Of a stretch of 64,000 bases of DNA, positions 59,395 to 64,000 are shown piece after piece. The notes under the pieces were generated by a model. The model saw only the letters and a list, made by a program, of their open reading frames with translations, ran no database searches and had not been told where the DNA came from. The translations under genes and the position numbers were made by a program. How positions within the stretch are numbered: the stretch's first letter is position 1; every line of letters begins with the position of its first letter. This stretch comes from Mobula birostris (Eukaryota): the NCBI RefSeq assembly GCF_030028105.1, contig NC_092398.1, positions 9,554,725-9,618,724 of the forward strand, written 5' to 3'.

Positions 59395-59667
59395 GGTGAC
59401 ATGGTAGCATACTGGTTGGCACAGTGCTGTACAGTACCAGTGACCTGGGTTCAATCCCCACCACTGTCTATAAGGAGTTTGTACGTTCTCCCCGTGATCA
59501 CGAGGATTTCCTCCCACAGATGTACCAGTTGGTAGGGTAATTGGTCATTGTAAACTGTCCTGTGATTGGGATACGGTTAAATCAGGGGATTGCTGGGCGG
59601 TGTGGCTCAAAGGGCAGGAAGGACCTGTTCCGCACCGTATCTCAATAAAGAAATTAAATAAATAAAT
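59395..59667 (+). mobile_element. V-SINE/HE1-like tRNA-derived SINE
   Basis: GGGTTCAATCCC B box, GGAGTTTGTACGTTCTCCCCGTG core, (TAAA)n tail. Minus-strand relatives at ~3690-3955, 27795-27985 and 31720-31890. Confidence 0.82.
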
Positions 59668-60784
59668 CACGTGTTCCTTCACAGCACGCTGTCATGTATG
59701 GAATGTCCTCCAAAGCTCTATGGGCAAAGGAGATGGCAAGTTCTGTCAGTCATTTGGACCAATACCTCATTATTAGAACTTGCAAAGAACCAAGACCATG
59801 TTCAGCTGATGGTGGGAAGGATCCTTCATGTACAGTCAACGTCTTTGCCACGACAGACTATCCTTGAAGCAGTTACACCTTTTGTAAGGTGTACTTCTGA
59901 AGATCTAGAGTGAGATGTACTGTCATTAAGATAGTCAGAGAAAAGTACAGTACAGAAACAGGACCTTTAGCCCATGTTGAACAATTTAAGCTGCCTGCTC
60001 ACACTGACCTGCACCGGGACCATCGCCCGCTATCCATGGACCTATCCAAATTTCCCTTAAACATTGAAATTGAGCTTGCATCCACCATTTGTGCTAGTAG
60101 CTCGTTCCACACTCTCACCATGTTCTGAGTGAAGAAGTCTCCCCTTCATGTTCCCCTTAAACTTTGGTCCTTTCACTGATAACCCATAACCTCTGATTGT
60201 ATTCTCACCCAAGTTTAGAGGAAAAAGCCTGCTTGCATTTAGCCCTATCTATACCCCTCATAATTTTTATACCTCTATCAAATCTCCTCTCAATCTTCTA
60301 CGTTCCAAGCAATAAAGTCCTAAACCCCATTCAATCTTTCTTTTTAACTCAGGTCCTCCAGACCCAGCAACAGCTTTGTAAATTTTCTCTGTATTCTTTC
60401 AACCTTATTTACATGTAGGTAGGTGACCAAAACTGTACACAATAAGCCAAATTAAGCCTCACCAATGTCTTATACAACTTCGACATAACATCTCTTCTTC
60501 TGTACTCAATACTTTGATTTCTGAAGGCCAATGTGCTTAAAGCTTTCTTCATTACCCTATCTACCTGTGACAGCACTTTCAATGAATTATGTACCTGTAT
60601 TTCCAGATCCCTTTGTTCTCGGTTCCCTACTGTTCACTGTCTAGATCTATCCTAAACAGCTGGAAAACAGGATTCATAGCTTTGGAAGAATACATGCAGA
60701 CACTGACCAGACCAGAAAGTCAGTGATGAAAGGTCTGCAGTCTGCATGAAGCTTACTGGTACATACACCACAAAGGCTCTATAG

Positions 60785-60864
60785 CAGGGGTTTCCAAACC
60801 TTTTTTATGCCACGGAGCCTCAGCATTAACCGAAGAGTCCATAGAGTGCAGGTTTGGAACCCTG
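60785..60864. mobile_element. ~80-bp hAT (Charlie-like) MITE
   Basis: TIR CAGGGGTTTCCAAACC / GGTTTGGAACCCTG. Relatives at ~21100-21160, 34353-34436 and 48352-48430; flanks resemble the TCTAGA target preference. Confidence 0.75.
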
Positions 60865-61699
60865 CTAAGAAAAGGTATCTGCTATTACACTAAGCCATGT
60901 GCAAAAATCTTCACTCGATTCCACCTCTTGTCTCTCCTCTATACTCAGCCCTGAAACACGGACTGCCAAGATAAAACCAATGGGTTAGGCAACATCTGTA
61001 GGGAGACATGGAGAGCTGACCTAAGATGAGAACTGCTCTTTTCCACCCACATATGTTGCCTGACCGGCTCAGTTCTTCCAGCAGCAGACACGAAATACTG
61101 GAGAAATTCAGCAGGTCAGGTAGCATCTATGGAGGAAAATGAGCCTCGAACCTCCGGAAATGCTGCCTGGCCTGCTGAGCCCCTCCAGCATTTTCTGTGT
61201 GTTTCTTAAGATTCCCAGCATCTGCAGACTCTCTTCTATCTATATTTTTCCAGCATTTTTTTTGCTCCGGATTCCTGCATCAGCAGTCTGTTGGGTCTGT
61301 TTTAAAAAAAATGATAGCCTTGCTCAGGAAAGGTGTGCAAAGGAAAACCAAGCTGATGGAATGACTGACTTGTACTGATGGCTGCATATGAATATTCTGC
61401 AACAATACGACTGAAGTAGAAAATTACTCCACTCTGAATGGAAAAATTATTTTGAAGCAACGATTATTGTGGCTAATAAAGTGGGAACCTGCCAACCGTC
61501 AAATGAACAGCGGAAAGGTACCACATGAATGAAAAGATTCTCCTCGCCCTGCCGGTTAAGTGTTCCGCAGGCAAAGCCACGTCTGCATTGGGATTATTTA
61601 TCCTATTTATTACTGCCATCCTTCCCGCACAGGTTTCATCGACAATACATTTGCTATTCGATCCATGCTTTTCTTCCCTCCCCAACATCACATCAACCT

Positions 61700-61959
61700 C
61701 CGCCTCCCCGCCGTCGTCACCGCCATAGCGGACGACCTCTAGCGCGCGCTTCCGTCGCCGCCTCCCATTGGCTGGCGGCGGCGTTGCCCGGGCAGCCGGC
61801 CGGCCCCGTGCAGGTGGTGGTGGGGAAACCCCGCGCAGGGGCCGGGAGCGGAATCCATGAGGCGGCGGTGGCGGCCATTTTATCGACAGCTCTAGATTCA
61901 ATTAACCGGAGACCGGGGGCAGAGCCCGCCGTGTGCCCTCAGCTAGCTTGCAGAAACGG
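61700..61959 (+). promoter_or_regulatory. CpG-island promoter and probable non-coding first exon of an unidentified gene
   Basis: CpG-dense. ETS CTTCCG 61749, ATTGG 61767, YY1 GCGGCCATTTT 61871-61881, donor CGG|GTAAGA at 61960. No coding exon recognised before the window end. Confidence 0.65.
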
Positions 61960-64000
61960 GTAAGAGCAAAACAGGGCACTTTTAGTGTCGAGGCGGTACT
62001 GAGAGAGGGTGTGGGGGTGATCAGTAGTCTGTAATTAAACCCTCCTGTGGAAACACTGCGGTAGAGTACGACTGGCGCGCTGTTAGGCCGCGGCGCCTCC
62101 TCACTTTGTCCTTTTTTTCCTCCGTGTCGCTGAAGGCTGGAATAACCGGCGCTGATTGTATTAATTCTGTTTGAAAATGTTCATTAATTACACATGCGAT
62201 TGCACAATTGTTTAGCGAGGTTTTTTTGACGGTGTTGCAGGGAGAATCATAAAATAAAAGTAAACTGTAGAGAGACTGAGGCCATCTGGCTGCCGCCTGG
62301 GTCTCTTTTGACTGTTTACTCCTTTTTTGTTCGCCGTATAAATCAGGTTTTACAATAAACGTAAAAAAAATACATTTACCATGCATTGGTACCACTGGCC
62401 TTGTTCCCTTTCTCTCCACGGCTTGCATTTCCTCAGCCCCCAAGGGAGTGGGATTATTTTTGCAACCGCCAACCTCGCTTAACCACCTAAACCATTGTAG
62501 TTTTAAATCTTTTTAAGTTGCCGATCGTAAAACCTGGATGTTGCAAACCAGCGCGCGTGCTTTCTTGGATGAACAGCATGGTTTTTGGTACCTCTTAATT
62601 ATTTGGTAATGTAGGGGTATTACTCGATTTTTTTTCATGGATATCTTTGAAATGGAAGAATGAAAGTGCATTGACGTGAAATAATTGAATCTTGCAAACC
62701 AGAGTATGGTGCTTTTTTTTTGCATTGATACAGCGTGTGCCTTGTCTTCATTGTTGTGCACGGTGACGCATGGGCATATCAGACATCTTGGTCCACGTGT
62801 ATGAAATAGTATATGGGTGATCTCGATGATTATGAGTGATGATTTTAAGCATACAAACGCCAGAAATGCTATAAAATCCATAATTCCTACTCAAGAACTG
62901 TATAGGTATATTATGTTGTGCTATTTCCTGCGTTTTCTGGATTTTAGTTCTGATTATGAATTTGAGATTTTATTGAACGGTAGTTGCACGAGTTTTGATT
63001 CTGAAGTCAGTCTTTAGGGTTTCTAACCTATCTCTGGTATGTAAAATAAGTTTTGAAAGCAATCATAATGCTTGCAAAGTTAGTCTTGTTCTTTTGACTA
63101 GTTTAGGTGGCAACTTTTTGTGTTAAGTCGCCGGTTTCAATTGGCCAAGATGCATTCCTAAAAAAAACTGATACCAAATATTGCTTGCATTTTAGTGTGA
63201 AACCTCAGTATTGAAATATCCTCCACTCAGTGTTGGAGTGTATTTTTTTCAACTTACAGTATTTTAATAAATGATAGTAAATTGGAATTAATTGCTTTTT
63301 ATTAGGAGACTAGATTAATTTGTGAGATTATGTACTTTCTCTCATGTCAGTGTATTCAGAGCACACCAACAGTGTAAATTCCAAGTTGTGTAATTACTTT
63401 TGCATGTATTATTTGAAGTTTCTGAAATATTAAGCATTTGGTGGCACTGTTTGAGTAAATGGAAATATAGCTGATCATTAATTTGGCGCCATTTGCAAAA
63501 TTGAAATATTGCCATCTCAAATACAGCCAATCCATGCAATTTTTAAAAAAAAAATGCAGGTGGATGGACATTTGCAGTTTATTGTGCATGGGGATATTCC
63601 ACAAGGTCTCACATTCCCAGGACTGTTGATTCTACTTATTTCCCTAATCTGTGGTATTTAAGCAGTTTTAATTTCAGATTCTCTGGGATTTCTCAACTAG
63701 CATCAGAAATACAGATTGGTTAAACATTTTTCTTCATTGTAATTAAAGGTCACTTCTAATCTCTCCAAGCTTCCAGGTCCCCTGTTAGCGTTTTCATAAA
63801 GTAGCTTGCTTTGACATTCTCACTTCCACTAAATTGTAGAGAAATGCATGGAGATGAAGCAGCAATTTGTATCCTATCAATAAATTGTTGTGTTAGTTCT
63901 AAGTGTCTGCTGATTTCAGGGATTTGTATGTGAATTTTCAAGTTTCTTCGTTCCTTTTTCCCTTGTTGGAAATGTCAGCTGTGTGTCTCCCAGTGCAACA

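Noticed and set aside
61473-62443. 140-144 aa ORFs over the CpG island (and similar ones at 13.2-13.8, 26.1-26.6 and 44.0-45.3 kb)
   Set aside because: Low-complexity GC-rich frames with no recognisable domains.

Overview
Repeat-rich vertebrate nuclear DNA. The repeat families (CR1, Rex1/Babar, V-SINE-like, Neptune-type Penelope) suggest a cartilaginous fish, probably a ray; this is inference. Gene order: probable DNAJC8 exon 1 (- strand, rest of gene left of window); complete 3-exon ATP5IF1 (+, 111 aa); tRNA-Trp(CCA) (-) head-to-head with complete 8-exon RPL13A (+, 205 aa, 5'TOP), which hosts SNORD33-like and SNORD34-like snoRNAs plus an apparent decayed snoRNA; and a CpG-island promoter/first exon of an unidentified gene near 61.8 kb. 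The rest is mostly CR1, Rex1/Babar, RTE, Penelope-like elements (PLE) with minimal hammerhead ribozymes, Gypsy remnants/solo LTRs, Tigger, Tc1, hAT MITEs and SINEs. Most ORF-track entries are TE fragments or spurious. I found no convincing new protein-coding system. The most unusual signals are a TSD-flanked fold-back hammerhead mini-element in an ATP5IF1 intron, a PLE whose inversion creates an open 463-aa RT-GIY-YIG ORF, a three-piece locally templated insertion at 15.6 kb, a reshuffled RPL13A snoRNA set, and promoter-proximal minisatellites built from TF motifs. TE boundaries are approximate unless TSDs or termini are cited.
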